The translations under genes were made by a program, and so were the position numbers. Source: a virus (Duplodnaviria > Caudoviricetes). From it: DNA of 24,580 nt. Positions within the stretch are counted from its first letter, which is position 1, and every line of letters begins with the position of its first letter. The stretch spans positions 1 through 24,580 of IMG/VR virus record IMGVR_UViG_3300034410_000508; one strand, 5' to 3'. The notes below the pieces were generated by a model that had not been told where the DNA came from, made no database searches, and was given only the letters and a program-made list of their open reading frames with translations. Positions 23,177-24,580 of the stretch are shown here, one piece after another.

Positions 23177-23208
23177 TAAATATAAGAAAGGAACTCGTAG
23201 GATCCAAC
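23177..23208 (-). promoter_or_regulatory. Bacteroidota-type early/middle promoter
   Basis: GTTG-GATCCTACGAGTTCCTTTCT(20)-TATATTTA. Confidence 0.72.
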
Positions 23209-23212
23209 TTAT

Positions 23213-23464
23213 CTAGAAACTTTCTCCATAAATGTTGTAAGTCTTAATCTCTGGTTCATACTTCTCAGTACGAATAACATATAACTTACTGTCTAAAGGT
23301 GCTAACTTAAATTCAGCCTTCTCTCCAGTTTTTATCGACCATGCATTCAATGCTTCAGTCAAACTTGGGTAAACTTTATCATCACCAACAAGAGACCACC
23401 TGTCTCCAGGAGGTACTCTGTTAGCAATAAGTTCAAATACTTCTTTCGTTTCCATACTAATCAC
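23213..23464 (-). CDS. Hypothetical protein
   Basis: IANRVPPGDRW motif; the start may be 23455 (METKEV). Confidence 0.7.
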   Translation of the reverse strand: MISMETKEVFELIANRVPPGDRWSLVGDDKVYPSLTEALNAWSIKTGEKAEFKLAPLDSKLYVIRTEKYEPEIKTYNIYGESF

Positions 23465-23630
23465 AGTAATGAGTTACTTCCCATCCTACTCTTTCTAAAT
23501 CTGCTGTTACTAAATCTACATGCTCTACTAAGATATCATGTTCTTTTCTGATAAAGTAAACAGTATTCAAGGTCATTGCACGGTCTCCTTTAGTTGCAAA
23601 TAGACGTGTTACGTTTTTAGGTCGTTTCAT
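23457..23630 (-). CDS. 57-aa hypothetical protein
   Basis: ATG 23630 (MKRPKNVTRLF) lies 2 nt after the queF stop and is preferred over the track start at 23681. Confidence 0.6.
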   Translation of the reverse strand: MKRPKNVTRLFATKGDRAMTLNTVYFIRKEHDILVEHVDLVTADLERVGWEVTHYCD

Positions 23631-23632
23631 AA

Positions 23633-24550
23633 TTACTGACGTAAGGTTTTCTTCATTCTCATTTCTGAATCTGAGAACCATTCTGGAATCATATCTGCAT
23701 GAGTAGCTCTAATAGGGTTGATATCTAACCCTCCTCTACGAGTGTATAGACATGCTACCATCAACTTCTCTGGATTGTAAGCTTCTCTAAGGTGAGTAAA
23801 TACCATCTCACAGATTTCCTCATGGAAATGAGATACTGTTCTATGACTCACAATGTACTTTGCTAATGATGCTGCATCTGGAATATTATTTCCTTCAATA
23901 TTGATGTAAACATCTCCCCAGTCAGGTTGGTTAGTTACCCTACAGTTACTTCTAAGTAAGTTGGATTTTACTGTCATAGGGACTCCAGGTCCTGATACTG
24001 TGTTTGCAATCTCTAACTGTGATGCATCTGATTTGAATGCAGTAAACTCAATATCATCTAAGTTTACAATACCTGATAAATCTTGATACCCTAAGAACTG
24101 ATGTTCAATATCATGATCGTTTTCAAAGAAAGTACAAGTAACAAACCCTCCTAAAAGATCTGTAAGGTCTCGAGATACTGTTTGTTCTATTTCAAAAATA
24201 CACTCTTCAGCAGTTACACCCATTGGAGTCATATTCAAAGAATTTAAATACAATTTGATAGACTTAGACTCTACGTGGAATTCTGTATCTGCAGGACATA
24301 CTATCTTCAACATACCTGCTACAGGTTGACCTTTTTTAGTGATAGCAGACACTTCATAACAGTTCCAACTATCTACACCTACAAAGGGTAACTTACTTTC
24401 TTCAATACCGTAAGCCTCTCTATTCAAATAACGAGGTACAGCAACTAATAATTCTGGATCGTATACAGCTTTGTATCCATCTCCTCCTACTTTACCTAAA
24501 TGCTTATTAGCAATCTCTACAACTTTGTTGTAATTTTTAACTTCTGACAT
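23633..24550 (-). CDS. queF: NADPH-dependent 7-cyano-7-deazaguanine reductase QueF (bimodular type)
   Basis: YDPELL..VPR, D.WNCYEVS, QueF motif VESKSIKLYLNS, catalytic SNCRVTNQPDWG, FHEEICE, YTRRGGLDINPIR. Confidence 0.95.
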   Translation of the reverse strand: MSEVKNYNKVVEIANKHLGKVGGDGYKAVYDPELLVAVPRYLNREAYGIEESKLPFVGVDSWNCYEVSAITKKGQPVAGMLKIVCPADTEFHVESKSIKLYLNSLNMTPMGVTAEECIFEIEQTVSRDLTDLLGGFVTCTFFENDHDIEHQFLGYQDLSGIVNLDDIEFTAFKSDASQLEIANTVSGPGVPMTVKSNLLRSNCRVTNQPDWGDVYINIEGNNIPDAASLAKYIVSHRTVSHFHEEICEMVFTHLREAYNPEKLMVACLYTRRGGLDINPIRATHADMIPEWFSDSEMRMKKTLRQ

Positions 24551-24580
24551 ATGATTTTTATTTTATAAACTCTAATATTT

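Noticed and set aside
23631-23681. Track start at 23681 for the ORF ending at 23457
   Set aside because: It overlaps the conserved queF C-terminus. ATG 23630, right after the queF stop, is more plausible.
1-24580. Stop-codon reassignment, as in some Bacteroidota phages
   Set aside because: Conserved genes are full length in code 11, and TAA, TAG and TGA all end genes at sensible junctions.
1-24580. Cellular Bacteroidota chromosome origin
   Set aside because: Holin-endolysin, PolA without a 5' nuclease, HNH beside a tRNA, divergent groESL, many micro-ORFs and single-strand packing favour a phage. No capsid or terminase gene is in the window, so this is not formally proven.

Overview
AT-rich, densely packed window in which every credible gene is on the minus strand. 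It is best read as part of a large dsDNA phage (jumbo-type; size is inferred) of a Bacteroidota/Flavobacteriales host. The host call rests on six GTTG/TTTG-N19-20-TAnnTTnn promoters of Bacteroidota type, A/T-rich starts without Shine-Dalgarno motifs, and a T9SS sorting domain. In transcription order (right to left) the window carries: bimodular QueF; a PD-(D/E)XK-like insertion; family A DNA polymerase (Leu762 type); NPPY DNA methyltransferase; GT32-like glycosyltransferase; Hsp20, GroES and GroEL; a run of unannotated micro-ORFs (KOW protein, SSB-tail-like peptide); a structured RNA candidate, tRNA-Arg(UCU) and a NUMOD3-HNH endonuclease; a tRNA-like three-way junction; a beta-helix lipoprotein and a small beta-barrel; a putative late operon with a 1229-aa T9SS-sorted Cys-repeat/PA14 surface protein, a beta-barrel and a CxxC-less thioredoxin-fold protein; a lysis cassette (M15 endolysin, holin) containing a 23-aa 9-Cys metallothionein-like ORF; DUF1599; and a truncated RecB/Cas4-like nuclease. 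The most notable candidates are the host-surface remodelling module, the Cys micropeptide in the lysis cassette, the hsp20 5'-3' long-range clamp and a possible 7-deazaguanine hypermodification link. All family calls are by motif recognition; no searches were run.
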